DNA of 64,000 bases from Candidatus Bathyarchaeota archaeon (GCA_963741295.1 CAVUHI010000001.1:18275-82274), one strand, 5' to 3'; shown: positions 30,878 through 42,414, numbered from the stretch's first letter. Notes: generated from the letters alone by a model not told the origin. Program-made: numbers and translations.

Positions 30878-31633
30878 TTGAGGAAAAAACGCATCATTCT
30901 GGCTATTGCCGCTATCTTGGTTTTGGCTTCTGTGAGTTTAGTTGCTGCAGATGAAGCAGGCATCTTCACTATAAACATTTTCAACAGCCCCAACAGCCAA
31001 CTAACTACCAACATTTCAAACAGCACCATAGAGGGACATACAAATTACAACAACAGCCAAGCGGTCGAAAACATAACTTTAGCCAACTCCACACTGACCC
31101 TTAATGTAAACGGCCAAAACATCACAATAACCGACCAAGGCGACAACCTAACAATTAATTCACCCAACCAAACCCCAATACCTGAACCAACAGGAAATCC
31201 CACACCTACTGGAACACCAACGCCCACTTCAACGGCAACAGCAACTCCAGCTCCGACGGTAACGCCAACTGGCACTCCAGCACCTGCTCTTTTGAGTGTA
31301 ACCTTCATCAGTTATAGCCCAAACCATAGCCCTATCGGAAATGGAACCCAATACGACTTTAATGTAACCGTGAACGTTCCAACAAGCCTAAACTACCCTT
31401 GGGGAAAAAACGTAACCCATGACAAGTTGGGCCAAGCGCTAGTCCCCTTAGCCACCAAATACAACTTAGTTACCCGCAATAGCAGCGGTTTCACGACCGC
31501 CGCATGGCAAAATATGGTAGTAGTCGACGGCGAAAACACCTTCAGCCTATGGAGCATTTCGCCCCTAACAACAGACCAAATACAATCCCTAACCACAGAC
31601 CTCTACGATGCCTTTTCCATATCAATGACATAG
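30878..31633 (+). CDS. secreted Pro/Thr-rich hypothetical protein
   Basis: Signal peptide, PT repeats and N-x-T/S sequons. Confidence 0.75.
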   Translation: MRKKRIILAIAAILVLASVSLVAADEAGIFTINIFNSPNSQLTTNISNSTIEGHTNYNNSQAVENITLANSTLTLNVNGQNITITDQGDNLTINSPNQTPIPEPTGNPTPTGTPTPTSTATATPAPTVTPTGTPAPALLSVTFISYSPNHSPIGNGTQYDFNVTVNVPTSLNYPWGKNVTHDKLGQALVPLATKYNLVTRNSSGFTTAAWQNMVVVDGENTFSLWSISPLTTDQIQSLTTDLYDAFSISMT

Positions 31634-31799
31634 AGATTTTTTGTAAAATTAAAGTCGTAGCTTAAGATTCAAATTCATCCTGCCGAATCATCAACAAAGC
31701 ACTCTACAAAATGTACCCGACAAATCCAGCTAACCTGTATCTTTTTTTATAACGCAAAATAGAAAAGAAAGAAACCCCGTAATAGTCGTAGTCACAGCC

Positions 31800-32093
31800 A
31801 TGAAGACCATAAAAGAAATAACCGCAACACTGGAAACGCTAAAACCCACGCTGAAAGAGCGGTTTAAAGTGAAAACCATCGGTATCTTTGGCTCTTACGT
31901 TCGCGGAGAACAAAGAAAGCAGAGCGACATTGATGTGCTCGTTGAATTTGAGGAGCCGGTGGGATTGTTCGAATTTATGGATTTAGAAATTTATCTCTCA
32001 GAAGTGCTAAGCATCAAAGTTGACTTAGTTTCCAAAAAAGCGCTCAAAACGCACATCGGCAAACGTATCCTTGAGGAAGTAGTCATAGTATGA
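31800..32093 (+). CDS. minimal nucleotidyltransferase antitoxin (MNT)
   Basis: FGSYVRGEQ..SDIDVLV and KVDLV. Confidence 0.93.
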   Translation: MKTIKEITATLETLKPTLKERFKVKTIGIFGSYVRGEQRKQSDIDVLVEFEEPVGLFEFMDLEIYLSEVLSIKVDLVSKKALKTHIGKRILEEVVIV

Positions 32094-32440
32094 AAACCCG
32101 CGACTTCATGGATTATCTTCAGGATATTTTGGTCGCTGTAAACGATATAGATTCATTCGTGGGCAACATGACCTATGACGAATTTATTAAAGATAGAAAA
32201 ACCCTCAATGCCGTTGTCAGAAGCATCGAAATCATCGGCGAAGCATCCAAAAACATCCCAGACCCAATAAAGGAAAAATACAAAGAACTCCCTTGGAAAC
32301 AGATGGCTGGAATGAGAGACAAACTAATCCACGGCTACTTTGGAATAGACACCGAAACCATCTACAAAGCCGCCCAAACTAACATCCCACAATTAAAAGC
32401 CCCAATCAAAAAAATGCTAAAAGAACAAGAAAAACAATAA
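32090..32440 (+). CDS. HEPN/DUF86 RNase toxin (HepT-like)
   Basis: IEIIGEA and MRDKLIHGY (RX4HXY); ATGA overlap with MNT. Confidence 0.93.
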   Translation: MKTRDFMDYLQDILVAVNDIDSFVGNMTYDEFIKDRKTLNAVVRSIEIIGEASKNIPDPIKEKYKELPWKQMAGMRDKLIHGYFGIDTETIYKAAQTNIPQLKAPIKKMLKEQEKQ

Positions 32441-32588
32441 AGCAAAATCGCCGCCCAGCCTGAACCATCGACAAAGCACCCTACAAAAAAGCCAGTTGAA
32501 ACAAAACAAACTAAGCTTAAGAACGCCGAGTTAATTAAAAATAGCCACCAAAAATATCCATTGTTAGCTTAACATCCTGATTGTCAAG

Positions 32589-34898
32589 TTATTTGAAAAA
32601 CAATTCTTTAATCCTCTCAAGTGCTTCCTCGCTTAATGGGTTTTTTGCATAACTATTTGTTACTATGTTTCCTACTCTATGAAAGTTGCCATCTTTTCCT
32701 AAATTCGCTTTATAACATATCACCATGCTCAGAATATCGGTGTTTTTTTCGATATCATGAACGGCATCATCTTTTCTAGATACTTTTTGTCCAACAACTT
32801 CTTTAGTTTCCTTATTAAGAAAAAATGTAATTTGCTCTGTTCCTAACAAGGCGTCCTCAATAAAATCGTCGCTTATTTCCGAACGTCCAATGTCCACAAC
32901 AATAATCCAAGGGGTATCTCGTAGTGCGGTCACATCCTTGAAATGGTGCCTCAATTCATCAAGTAATTTTCCTCTCGATCTATTTTTGATCTGCAATACT
33001 TTCCCATTCAAGTATTTTAACGGCTTAAATTTGTCTGGGCTGATCACTTCGACATAAATTTCGGGATCAAGCCCTATTTTCAAGTCAAGCTTTTTTCCAT
33101 TAAGTTCAGGCCCAATGTCTACGGTATAATTTTCAATGAAGGAAGAGATTACTTCTATTTCACTCAAGGTATCCAAAAATTGTCTATCGTTTTTCAACCC
33201 ATTTCTTAGATCTTTCACTTTATGAGCCTTTGAAATGATAGTCGATAACATATTATCAACATATCTCAAGAATGCCAAAGGCGTAATCATCCACCGAATT
33301 TTCAGAGAAAGAATGCTGCGCTTGAACTCATTATTTTCAGATTTAAATGCGTTTATTGTCTCGTTAAACTTAGCTTCATTTATTTCAGACGATAGATTAA
33401 GTAGTAATGGGTGTGTTTTGTTATCCTTCTCTTCCATCGACTCAAACCATTTCATACCCAAAAATTCTCGGATGTTTGGATATTGCTCAAGATTTTTCAT
33501 TATGATTTCGAAATCGAGGCTTTTGGGGTCATTTTCTAATTCCTTAATTATACATATACACTGAAAGAGTTTCTCTGGCTCTTTTTCCATTATTGGCTTT
33601 AAATCGATATTTTTCTTCGCAGAAATTTCCTGTAAAAATGAATAATAGGCATCTATGATTACAAGATTTTCCTTATGGGGTGGATATATGTTTGTGAGCA
33701 CCTTTTTCATTGTTTCCAGTGCTGTTTTCTCAAATACTTTATCGTTAGACCACCAAGTTCTGATCGAAGCCAACAATTGCAAATAGTTTTTTCCGCTAAT
33801 TAAAGAAAGAATTTCTGGAATCAAAAATGGCAGGAGGCGTTTATCGTCTTTTTCGCCTATCCACGAAACCACTTCGGCGACGCATATTTCAAAATGGCGT
33901 TTCCCAATTTCAGCGATCGCATAATCAATGTCGTGTACAACTGAATACTTTCCATTTAATATCCAATTTTTTATTATTCTCAAAGATAATTCTGGAAAAT
34001 TTGGCCCTTTCCTTGCTAAGGCCAACACAACTCTTGACAAAACATTTTTGTCTTCATCATTACCACAAATGCTTAGTATCTCCACCGCGTCTTGGTCTTT
34101 CAAGTAATCTCGTATTCCAACTGTTTCTGCAAGCATAAACCTCAAGCGGCTATTACCTTTTTTAGCTAAGCAAAGAAGGCGTTTATTACAGTGGTCATAA
34201 CTAAATCGGCTAAACTCCAAATATGCATGGGCTGCTTCAATCGTAAGTACAGAATCCGGTTGTTCAGAAGAATATTTATCCAGTAACTTGAAAATTTCCT
34301 CACTTTTAAGTAACTTATCAGAGCCAAAGAAGGCTACTCTCAAAGTCTTAATACTGTCAGCGTTTAGAGAGGGGTTTTGACTTTTAAGATCTTCTTGGAC
34401 ATACTCAAAAACTCTGTCAAATTGCTTCTTGCCAGCACCTCCCAATAGGAAGCTAGAATATGGTAACAGGTCTGAGTCTTCTTTCATTTGTTTATACAAG
34501 CAGATTCCAAATTCTGGGTCTTGTTCACCGATGTTTATCAGCCCCGTGGTGAACATTCCTTGAGCTAAGTCGTTTTTTATTTTTAGAATTATTTTTTTGA
34601 CAAGTGATAAGAAATTTGCAGTTCTCGCTATCTCTGGAATTTTTCTACCGATGAATTCCAGCCAACGAAAAATATAATTATCATCAGCAAAATAGTTAAT
34701 GACCTCGAATAATTCATCGCTGTTTAGATTGTACTTAGATAGGTAACTATCAACCTCATCCGCTTTCCAATATTGGGCACCTTTGCTAAGTTCAAGTTTT
34801 ATTTCTTCAATTTTGCTCTTTTCCGTCTGGGTTACCCGTTCTTCCATGAGGCATAATATCCTTATAAGTCTTGCAAGCGGTCTTTCAAAATTTACCAA
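32589..34898 (-). CDS. large hypothetical protein, helical-repeat N-terminus and possible PD-(D/E)xK-like C-terminus
   Basis: 769-aa AT-rich ORF; KKLDLKI...IYVEV near the C-terminus. Confidence 0.7.
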   Translation of the reverse strand: MVNFERPLARLIRILCLMEERVTQTEKSKIEEIKLELSKGAQYWKADEVDSYLSKYNLNSDELFEVINYFADDNYIFRWLEFIGRKIPEIARTANFLSLVKKIILKIKNDLAQGMFTTGLINIGEQDPEFGICLYKQMKEDSDLLPYSSFLLGGAGKKQFDRVFEYVQEDLKSQNPSLNADSIKTLRVAFFGSDKLLKSEEIFKLLDKYSSEQPDSVLTIEAAHAYLEFSRFSYDHCNKRLLCLAKKGNSRLRFMLAETVGIRDYLKDQDAVEILSICGNDEDKNVLSRVVLALARKGPNFPELSLRIIKNWILNGKYSVVHDIDYAIAEIGKRHFEICVAEVVSWIGEKDDKRLLPFLIPEILSLISGKNYLQLLASIRTWWSNDKVFEKTALETMKKVLTNIYPPHKENLVIIDAYYSFLQEISAKKNIDLKPIMEKEPEKLFQCICIIKELENDPKSLDFEIIMKNLEQYPNIREFLGMKWFESMEEKDNKTHPLLLNLSSEINEAKFNETINAFKSENNEFKRSILSLKIRWMITPLAFLRYVDNMLSTIISKAHKVKDLRNGLKNDRQFLDTLSEIEVISSFIENYTVDIGPELNGKKLDLKIGLDPEIYVEVISPDKFKPLKYLNGKVLQIKNRSRGKLLDELRHHFKDVTALRDTPWIIVVDIGRSEISDDFIEDALLGTEQITFFLNKETKEVVGQKVSRKDDAVHDIEKNTDILSMVICYKANLGKDGNFHRVGNIVTNSYAKNPLSEEALERIKELFFK

Positions 34899-35069
34899 TT
34901 CGTAAATTGGGGAATTGGTGAATTTCGCGAGTATTTATATTCCAGACTATCTCAGTATTTTTTCGAGGAAAGAAGGGATGAAGGAAGTATTCATTCAGGT
35001 TAAAAGTTAAATTACTGCCTCACTTGAACAACAGTTTTCAGACCCTCTCACTTTTTTAATAAGTTTTAT

Positions 35070-37610
35070 ATGATTCTGTTGTCCTCAATTATAGTTTCAA
35101 GGGAGTCTCCAATGGACGAATTTTCCCGTAGCCAGTCCTCAGATTCTACGCCTAATAATATTCACATGAATACTGAAGAGAAACTTAGAGCAAGCGAAGA
35201 ACGTTATCACTCCCTGTTCTCAAACATGATTGATGGTTTTGCTTTCTGCAAAATGATCTTTGACGACAAAAACAACCCGGTTGACTTTGTTTACTTGGAA
35301 ATCAACGACGCTTTTATGCGGATAACTGGATTGAAGAGAGAGCTTGTTGTCGGGAAAAAAGTTACAAATGCCATTCCAGGAATCAAAGAAGCCAACCCTG
35401 AACTGTTTGAGATCTACGGAAGAGTTGCCCTTTCCTGCAGAGAAGAAAAATTTGAAGTATTTTTGAACCCGTTAAACATGTGGCTATCCATATCTGTTTA
35501 CTGTCCGCAAAAAGGCTATTTCGCTGCTATCTTTGAAGATATAACAAAACGCAAACAGATTCAGGAGGCATTGGAGAAAAGCGAGAAGCGCCTTAACCGA
35601 AGCCAAGAGATAGCGCATCTGGGCAGCTGGGAACTCGACTTGAAAAATAACAAATTGACTTGGTCAGATGAGGTTTACCGCATTTTCGGGTTAAAGCCCC
35701 AAGAATTTGGCGCAACCTACGAAGCCTTCCTCAGCTACATTCACCCAGATGACAGGGCTGCGGTAGATGCCGCTTATTCTGGTTCACTCAAGCAAGGAAA
35801 GGATTCCTATGAGATTGAGCATCGAGTAATCAAAAAGCATACTGACGAAATAAGGGTTGTTCACGAAAAATGTAACCATATCCGAGATGAATCAGGCAAA
35901 ATTGTACGATCGGTGGGTATGGTCCATGACATTACTGAGCAAAAGAGAGTGGAACAGGAAGTTTGGCAGGCAAAACAAGCTTGGGAACGCACTTTTGACA
36001 GTGTCCCAGATTTTATAGCGGTTTTGGATAATAATTTCAGGATTGTGCGAGCTAATCGGGCTATGGCTCAACAGTTGGGAGTAACTAAAGAGAATGCCGT
36101 CGGGTTGTTATGTTATGAATGTGTTCATGGATTAGATGGTCCGCCAGATTTTTGTCCCCATGCGCAAACAGTAAATGATGGCAAAGAGCACAAGACAGAA
36201 GTCTATGAACCTCGTCTTGGAGGAGACTTTTTAGTAAGTACAACTCCACTTAGAGATGACAAAGGAAAACTCGTTGGCACAGTTCATGTAGCCAGAAACA
36301 TCACTGAACGAAAAAAGGCAGAAGCATCCCTTAGTAATCTTAATCGCCACCTAAGGGCAATCAGCAACAGCAATGAAGCGCTCATGCATGCGATCGATGA
36401 AGGCAATTTAACTCAAGATGTCTGCAAAATAATCGTCCATGACTGCGGCTACGCACTCGTTTGGGTAGGAATGGCCGAACACGACAAAAACAAAACTGTC
36501 CGCCCAATAGCTTATGCAGGCTTCGATAAAGAATACATTGACCAACTCAACATAACATGGGCCGATAAACCGCGTGGACGAGGACCAACAGGAACTGCTA
36601 TTCGCACTGGAAAACCCTACATTTGCAGAAACATTAATTTGGATCCAAAATTTGAACCGTGGCGAGAACAAGCTACAAAAAGAAAATACACTGCTTCACT
36701 TGTCTTGCCGCTTTCCTCGTTTGAAGGCAAAACCTTTGGCGCCCTAAACATCTACAGCCAAGAAAAAGACCCCTTCACCGATGAAGAAAGCAAACTGCTA
36801 ACAGAATTAGCCAACGACTTTGCGTACGGCATCGAAATGCTTAGGCTTCGAAAAGAAAAAGATGAGGCAGCGGTTCAATTGGAAAAATATGCTAACCAGA
36901 TGGAGGAGCTTGCCAATGAACGGGCACGACAGCTCAGCCAAGCAGAACGGTTGATTACTATTGGTCAAACGGCAGGTATGGTTGGACATGACATCCGTAA
37001 CCCCTTACAAGCTATCGTTGGCGAACTGTACTTAGTAAAAGACGAGATAAACGCAATCAGTAATGTAGACTCCAAAAAGAGTTTAGAGGAAAGTTGTGCC
37101 TTCATCGAACAAAACCTGTTTTATATAGACAAAATCGTTGCAGACTTGCAGGATTACACTAAACCGTTGAAGCCTAACTGGGAAAAAATCAAAGTTGAAA
37201 AAGCCATTGAAGAAGCATTGCTCATCGTTGCCATCCCAAACAGCCTGAAAGTAGATATCGCAATCGAAGAGGACTTTCCACAGTTTACTGCTGACTTTTC
37301 CATGCTAAAGCGTGCCCTCATCAACCTAATCCAGAATGCCGTGCAAGCCATGCCTAAAGGAGGAAAATTAAAAATTAAAGCTAAATGCGAAAACAACCAA
37401 GCATACATAAGTATTCACGATACTGGCGAAGGCATTCCAGTTGAGGTTCAAGACAAACTGTTCACTCCCCTATTTACTACAAAATCTAAGGGTCAAGGCT
37501 TCGGTTTAGCTGTCGTTAAGCGATTGGTTGAGGCTCAAGATGGAAAAATAACTTTTAGTAGCAAACAGGGAAAAGGCACAACCTTCAACATCCAAATCCC
37601 TATAAAATAA
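35070..37610 (+). CDS. cytoplasmic PAS-PAS-PAS-GAF sensor histidine kinase
   Basis: PAS/PAC repeats, GAF, H-box HDIRNPL, NLIQNA, DTGEG and GQGFGL. Confidence 0.93.
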   Translation: MILLSSIIVSRESPMDEFSRSQSSDSTPNNIHMNTEEKLRASEERYHSLFSNMIDGFAFCKMIFDDKNNPVDFVYLEINDAFMRITGLKRELVVGKKVTNAIPGIKEANPELFEIYGRVALSCREEKFEVFLNPLNMWLSISVYCPQKGYFAAIFEDITKRKQIQEALEKSEKRLNRSQEIAHLGSWELDLKNNKLTWSDEVYRIFGLKPQEFGATYEAFLSYIHPDDRAAVDAAYSGSLKQGKDSYEIEHRVIKKHTDEIRVVHEKCNHIRDESGKIVRSVGMVHDITEQKRVEQEVWQAKQAWERTFDSVPDFIAVLDNNFRIVRANRAMAQQLGVTKENAVGLLCYECVHGLDGPPDFCPHAQTVNDGKEHKTEVYEPRLGGDFLVSTTPLRDDKGKLVGTVHVARNITERKKAEASLSNLNRHLRAISNSNEALMHAIDEGNLTQDVCKIIVHDCGYALVWVGMAEHDKNKTVRPIAYAGFDKEYIDQLNITWADKPRGRGPTGTAIRTGKPYICRNINLDPKFEPWREQATKRKYTASLVLPLSSFEGKTFGALNIYSQEKDPFTDEESKLLTELANDFAYGIEMLRLRKEKDEAAVQLEKYANQMEELANERARQLSQAERLITIGQTAGMVGHDIRNPLQAIVGELYLVKDEINAISNVDSKKSLEESCAFIEQNLFYIDKIVADLQDYTKPLKPNWEKIKVEKAIEEALLIVAIPNSLKVDIAIEEDFPQFTADFSMLKRALINLIQNAVQAMPKGGKLKIKAKCENNQAYISIHDTGEGIPVEVQDKLFTPLFTTKSKGQGFGLAVVKRLVEAQDGKITFSSKQGKGTTFNIQIPIK

Positions 37611-37630
37611 TTTAAAAAATAAAACTAAGT

Positions 37631-37949
37631 AGCGGTGGACCACTGCGGTTTGACGTCCAGAATCCGTCTGAAGCCTCCAAACCCTACACTCTTACCCGCA
37701 CCCCCTTGAGCGCATAACGTCCAAACTTAGGTTGCTCTCTCCCGAGCCTAGCCAGGTTCGCCTGCTAAACGACGAAGTAACTTCCCTACGGAAGCCACCC
37801 ATCGACCGCCAGCCCCAAAGGACGGATAGTCACTGGTTCGGAAATGGAAGTTCAAGCGGCCACTGACGCCTCATCCGCAGATGTTAGCCCGTCATGTAGA
37901 GGATTTACGGTACAATGGACCCCTAACCCACCGCCTAAGATCCACCGCC
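37631..37949 (-). ncRNA. ffs: archaeal signal recognition particle (7S) RNA
   Basis: Terminal helix GGCGGTGGA/TCCACCGC, Alu UGUAC motif, helix 8 GCTAGGCTCGGGAGAGAGCAACC; TATA at ~37971-37980. Confidence 0.9.
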
Positions 37950-38009
37950 GAAACATAGATGGATTAATCGTACTTTAAAACTTTCCCAGTGGCGATAGAC
38001 AGTTTCAAG

Positions 38010-38816
38010 CTAATTCGACTTTCGTGTTCCTGTTTTGAGGGCTTGAGCGGTAGTTTGGAGCTCTTTTAGCATGTTTGGGCTGTTTTTTTGGACGATGTTT
38101 ATGAAAGCGCTGCCAACAATGGCTGCATCCGCTCCTGCCCCAATTACTCGTTTGACATGATCGGGTTTTGATATTCCGAAGCCAACTGCCAACGGAATCT
38201 TTCCTGCCGTAAATGGTTGAATGCGTTTGATAAGCTGCACCGTTGAATCTGCGACATCAGATTGGGCGCCGGTTACCCCGAAACGCGAAACTAAATAGAG
38301 GAAACCTGATGACGCATCAACGATTTTGGTTAGACGTTCGTTTGAGGTGGCTGGGGAAGCAAGGAAAACTGTGTCCAAGCTATGTGTTGTCGCAGCTTTT
38401 CGGTAGTCATCTGCTTCTTCCACGGGTAAGTCAGGAACGATGAAGCCGTCAACTTTGTGGTTTTTAGCAGAAGCCATGAACCTGTCAAGCCCCAGATGGA
38501 ATATAGGGTTATAGTAGGTCATTATCACGATAGGCACGTCATTTTGGATTTTGATTTGTTTGGCTATTTTCAACACTTTCATGGGTGTTGTGCCAGAGTT
38601 TAGAGCGCGTACGCTTGCAGCTTGAATGGTAGGTCCATCCGCGATAGGGTCAGAAAACGGCAATCCCAACTCAAGGATGTCTACTCCACCACGGATTAGG
38701 GCATCAGCTATTCGTGGCGTGATTTCAGGGTTTGGATCTCCAGCCATGATGTAGCCGATGAGTAAGCCATTTCCTTCTGCTTCTTTTTTCTGGAAGGTTT
38801 CTTTGATTTTACTCAT
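38010..38816 (-). CDS. trpA: tryptophan synthase alpha chain
   Basis: [21 protein letters not shown] and VGFGI. Confidence 0.97.
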   Translation of the reverse strand: MSKIKETFQKKEAEGNGLLIGYIMAGDPNPEITPRIADALIRGGVDILELGLPFSDPIADGPTIQAASVRALNSGTTPMKVLKIAKQIKIQNDVPIVIMTYYNPIFHLGLDRFMASAKNHKVDGFIVPDLPVEEADDYRKAATTHSLDTVFLASPATSNERLTKIVDASSGFLYLVSRFGVTGAQSDVADSTVQLIKRIQPFTAGKIPLAVGFGISKPDHVKRVIGAGADAAIVGSAFINIVQKNSPNMLKELQTTAQALKTGTRKSN

Positions 38817-40009
38817 ATTTTCGCCCCGATGTAATTTGCGATTGTTTCAACGTCTTTGTCCCCGCGACCAGACAGTGTGATTACAATTGACTGGGTTTTC
38901 TTCATCTTTGGTGCCAATTTCATAGCGAACGCAAGGGCATGCGAGGATTCTAACGCGGGTAAAATCCCCTCCTCCCGTGACAGCGTCAGGAAAGCATCCA
39001 CTGCTTCTTTATCTGTGGCAGAAGTGTACTGTGCACGTTTGGAGATTTTTAGGAATGAATGTTCAGGTCCGACGCCTGGGTAATCTAAGCCTGCTGAGAC
39101 GCTGTGAGTGTTTTGGATTTGCCCGTTACTATCTTGGAGAACATACGTAAACATGCCGTGGAAAACGCCTTCTGAGCCTGCAGCTAATGTGGCTGCATGT
39201 TTGCCTGTTTCTATACCTTCGCCTGCTGCTTCAACACCATAGAGACCGACTTCTGTATCGTCTTCGAAGGGGTAAAACGTGCCCATGGCGTTGCTTCCTC
39301 CGCCAACGCAAGCCACTAACGCATCAGGTAGTTTGCCTTCTTTAGTCTGAAATTGGGTTTTGATTTCTTTTCCTATGATACTTTGGAAATCCCTCACCAT
39401 CATAGGGTACGGATGAGGACCCATAGTTGACCCAATCAAGTAATAGGTGCATTCAAGGTTGGTTACCCAATCGCGGAAAGCTTCGTTTATGGAGTCCTTA
39501 AGCGTTTTTGTGCCCGATTCAACGGGATGAACCTCAGCGTTCAAGAGTTTCATGCGGAACACGTTGAGGCGTTGTCGTTCGCAGTCTTCAGTGCCCATGA
39601 ACACAACGGCCTTCAAGCCTAAAGCAGCGCATGCTATGGCTGTGGCTACGCCGTGTTGTCCTGCGCCCGTCTCAGCGATGATGCGTGTTTTGCCCATACG
39701 TTTAGCTAGGAGAGCTTGACCGAGTGTGTTGTTAATTTTGTGTGCTCCACCGTGCGCTAGGTCCTCGCGTTTGAGATAGATTTTTGCTCCTCCCAATTTA
39801 CGCGTCAAATTCTCAGCGAGGTAGAGTGGCGTGGGTCGCCCAACAAAGTCAGCCAAATAATAGTCCAGTTCTTTTTGGAAAGTTGGGTCTTTTCTTGCTT
39901 TATTGTATGCTTGTTCGAGCTCGTTTACAGCTTCCATGAGGATTTCGGGGACAAATCGCCCGCCGTATTTGCCGTATTTCCCATCAACCGGGTAGTCGCT
40001 TAGTTTCAT
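38813..40009 (-). CDS. trpB: tryptophan synthase beta chain (TrpB1)
   Basis: [24 protein letters not shown] and CVGGGSNA. Confidence 0.97.
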   Translation of the reverse strand: MKLSDYPVDGKYGKYGGRFVPEILMEAVNELEQAYNKARKDPTFQKELDYYLADFVGRPTPLYLAENLTRKLGGAKIYLKREDLAHGGAHKINNTLGQALLAKRMGKTRIIAETGAGQHGVATAIACAALGLKAVVFMGTEDCERQRLNVFRMKLLNAEVHPVESGTKTLKDSINEAFRDWVTNLECTYYLIGSTMGPHPYPMMVRDFQSIIGKEIKTQFQTKEGKLPDALVACVGGGSNAMGTFYPFEDDTEVGLYGVEAAGEGIETGKHAATLAAGSEGVFHGMFTYVLQDSNGQIQNTHSVSAGLDYPGVGPEHSFLKISKRAQYTSATDKEAVDAFLTLSREEGILPALESSHALAFAMKLAPKMKKTQSIVITLSGRGDKDVETIANYIGAKI

Positions 40010-40782
40010 GCCTGTACAAACTCCTTGACTTTTCCTTCAATGTTTTCAGTTAACATTATACTCGATCCAATGAGGAAAGCCTTCGCACCTGTTTCCCGTA
40101 GAAAACGCAGGTCTTCGGGTGTTTTGATTCCGCTTTCACTCACCACAACTTTGCCGCAATTACCATTTTTTTTGAGGATATCTCTTGTAGTGTTTAAGTC
40201 GATTTTTAGGGTTCCGAGATTTCGGTTATTTATCCCGATTAGGTCAGCGTCTGTTTCAACTGCCGCTTGAAATTCTTCTGGGGTGTGGGTTTCAAGCAAA
40301 ACCTCGAGTCCCTTTGAATGGGCAAACGCTACAGTTTTGTCCATGGTCATTTCACTGCAGCCCTTGTCAAAAAGCCCTTGAATTAGCAAAACCGCGTCTG
40401 CGCCAATCTGTGCAGCAACTTCGATTTGTTCCGCAACGATGATGATATCTTTCATCAATATGGGCAGGTTAATTACTTCTCTTGCTTGAATTAGTGCGGA
40501 CAAGGAGCCGTGGAAGTGTTTGGGCTCGGTTAAAACTGAAATGCCGACGGCGCCGCCTTTTTCCATGGCGTGAGCAATTTCTTTGGGGTTCACTTGGCTT
40601 CGGATCGTGCCAAGAGAGGGGGAGGCTGCTTTAATCTCTGTTATCACCGGGTTAGCTTTGCATTGCAAGATTGCGTTTTTTAGGCTAACTTTCGGTTTGT
40701 TCGTGGACGCCATGGTTTTGTAGTATCCGCTGTCAATTGTTTTCGTCGCATCCATGGCTAACGTGTCTAAGAAATCAATCAT
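40006..40782 (-). CDS. trpC: indole-3-glycerol phosphate synthase
   Basis: [21 protein letters not shown] and SESGI. Confidence 0.95.
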   Translation of the reverse strand: MIDFLDTLAMDATKTIDSGYYKTMASTNKPKVSLKNAILQCKANPVITEIKAASPSLGTIRSQVNPKEIAHAMEKGGAVGISVLTEPKHFHGSLSALIQAREVINLPILMKDIIIVAEQIEVAAQIGADAVLLIQGLFDKGCSEMTMDKTVAFAHSKGLEVLLETHTPEEFQAAVETDADLIGINNRNLGTLKIDLNTTRDILKKNGNCGKVVVSESGIKTPEDLRFLRETGAKAFLIGSSIMLTENIEGKVKEFVQA

Positions 40783-41833
40783 ATTTTGTTTCCAGCTCCT
40801 CAAGTCTTTGTAAGCTGCCATTTGATATTTTAATTAATTCTTTTAGTTTGTTGTATGCGGCTCCGCTCGCGATGGATTTTCGCGCTAATTCCATGCTTTC
40901 TGCAAAGTTTTCTGCTTTGCCGCCAACGATTATTCCTGCAGCACTGTTAACTAGGACAATCTCCGCTTTCGCATCATCAACGGTTTTGCCGCTTAAGATT
41001 TTATAGAGAATTTCAGCACTCTCTTCGGATGAAGATGACTGCAAATCAGCAATCGACGCAGTTTTTACTCCAAAATTGCTGGGAACCAACTCCAGTTTCG
41101 CCACGTTGCCCTTCTTTAAGTGGGCGATGACAGTTTTGCCTACAGTTGAAATCTCATCGAGCCCATCAAGCCCATGAACCACCATCGCTTCAAGGCAACC
41201 CAACTTCTCCAATGTAAAAGCCATAGGAACCACCAGTTTTGAGTCATAGACTCCAAGCAGTTGGGCATTGGCACATGCAGGGTTTGTTATGGGTCCGAGG
41301 ATATTGAAAACGGTTCGGATGCCGATCTCGCGTCTGGTTTCGCCAGCATACTTCATGGCTGGATGAAACGTTGGAGCAAACATGAAGCCTATCCCGATTT
41401 TTTCTATGATTCCTTCAACGGTTTTAGGTTCCAAGTTTATGTTTAAGCCCAGTTTTTCGAGCACATCTGCGCTGCCGCTTTTGCTTGTAACTGCCCTGTT
41501 TCCATGTTTAGCGACCGAGACCCCAGCGCCTGCAATAACAAACGCCGATGCCGTGCTCACGTTGAAGGTTTTTATTTTATCTCCGCCCGTGCCGCATGTA
41601 TCCACTAAGCGTCCATGCACGTTAGGGTGAATTTGACAACTACTGTTCTTCATTATCGAAGCGAATGCTATTAGTTCCTCAACCGATTCGCCCTTCATAC
41701 GCAAAGCGGTTAGAAAAGCGGCGGTTTGAGCGTTTGTGGCTTTTCCGGACATAACTTCTTGCATGATTTGGCCTGATTCTTCAGACGTTAAGTTTTTGGC
41801 TTCGATGAGTTTTTGGATGCCTTCCCGGATCAT
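40775..41833 (-). CDS. trpD: anthranilate phosphoribosyltransferase
   Basis: DTCGTGGD, KHGNR and GLDEIS. Confidence 0.97.
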   Translation of the reverse strand: MIREGIQKLIEAKNLTSEESGQIMQEVMSGKATNAQTAAFLTALRMKGESVEELIAFASIMKNSSCQIHPNVHGRLVDTCGTGGDKIKTFNVSTASAFVIAGAGVSVAKHGNRAVTSKSGSADVLEKLGLNINLEPKTVEGIIEKIGIGFMFAPTFHPAMKYAGETRREIGIRTVFNILGPITNPACANAQLLGVYDSKLVVPMAFTLEKLGCLEAMVVHGLDGLDEISTVGKTVIAHLKKGNVAKLELVPSNFGVKTASIADLQSSSSEESAEILYKILSGKTVDDAKAEIVLVNSAAGIIVGGKAENFAESMELARKSIASGAAYNKLKELIKISNGSLQRLEELETKYD

Positions 41834-42414
41834 TGTTTATTCTCCAGGAAGTTTTTGATAATGAGTTTGCCGTCTTCACAAAGGATGGATTCAGGGTGGA
41901 ATTGGACACCATAGATCGGGTACTTGACGTGGCGGATGCCCATGATTTCTCCGTCCTCGACAGATTCTGCGGTGATTTGTAGGCAGTCTGGGATGGATTC
42001 TCGTTCGCCTGCGAGCGAATGGTATCTAGTTGCACAGAGGGGGTTGCGGACTCCTCTGAAGATTGCTTTTTGGTTGTGTTTAATAGTGCAGGTTTTGCCG
42101 TGCATGAGTTTTTTAGCGTGGACGACTTTGCCGCCGTATGTATGGATGATTCCTTGGTGTCCAAGACAAACACCCAAGGTCGGTATGGTTGGGCTTAGCG
42201 TTTGCAGGATTGCTTTGCAGACGCCAAAGAACTTGTCGTCCTCGGGGTTGCCAGGTCCAGGCGAAATCACGATGCGGTCAGGCTTGAGGTCTGCAGCTTC
42301 TTTGAGGGTGATTTGGTCGTTTCGGTAAACCACGGTTTCCGCGCCAAGTTCCCCTATGTATTGGACAAGGTTATAGACGAATGAATCATAGTTGTCTATT
42401 ACGAGGACTTTCAT
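41830..42414 (-). CDS. trpG: anthranilate synthase component II
   Basis: IDNYDSF, SPGPG, GVCLGHQ and QFHPES. Confidence 0.96.
   Translation of the reverse strand: MKVLVIDNYDSFVYNLVQYIGELGAETVVYRNDQITLKEAADLKPDRIVISPGPGNPEDDKFFGVCKAILQTLSPTIPTLGVCLGHQGIIHTYGGKVVHAKKLMHGKTCTIKHNQKAIFRGVRNPLCATRYHSLAGERESIPDCLQITAESVEDGEIMGIRHVKYPIYGVQFHPESILCEDGKLIIKNFLENKQ

Noticed and set aside
6244..32600. Extra half-sites of the GTCAA motif (~6248, ~32582)
   Set aside because: Only one good arm is present, which is expected by chance.
37631..37949. RNase P RNA or a novel ncRNA
   Set aside because: Lacks the RNase P GAGGAAAGTCC core. It has the SRP Alu and helix-8 signatures.
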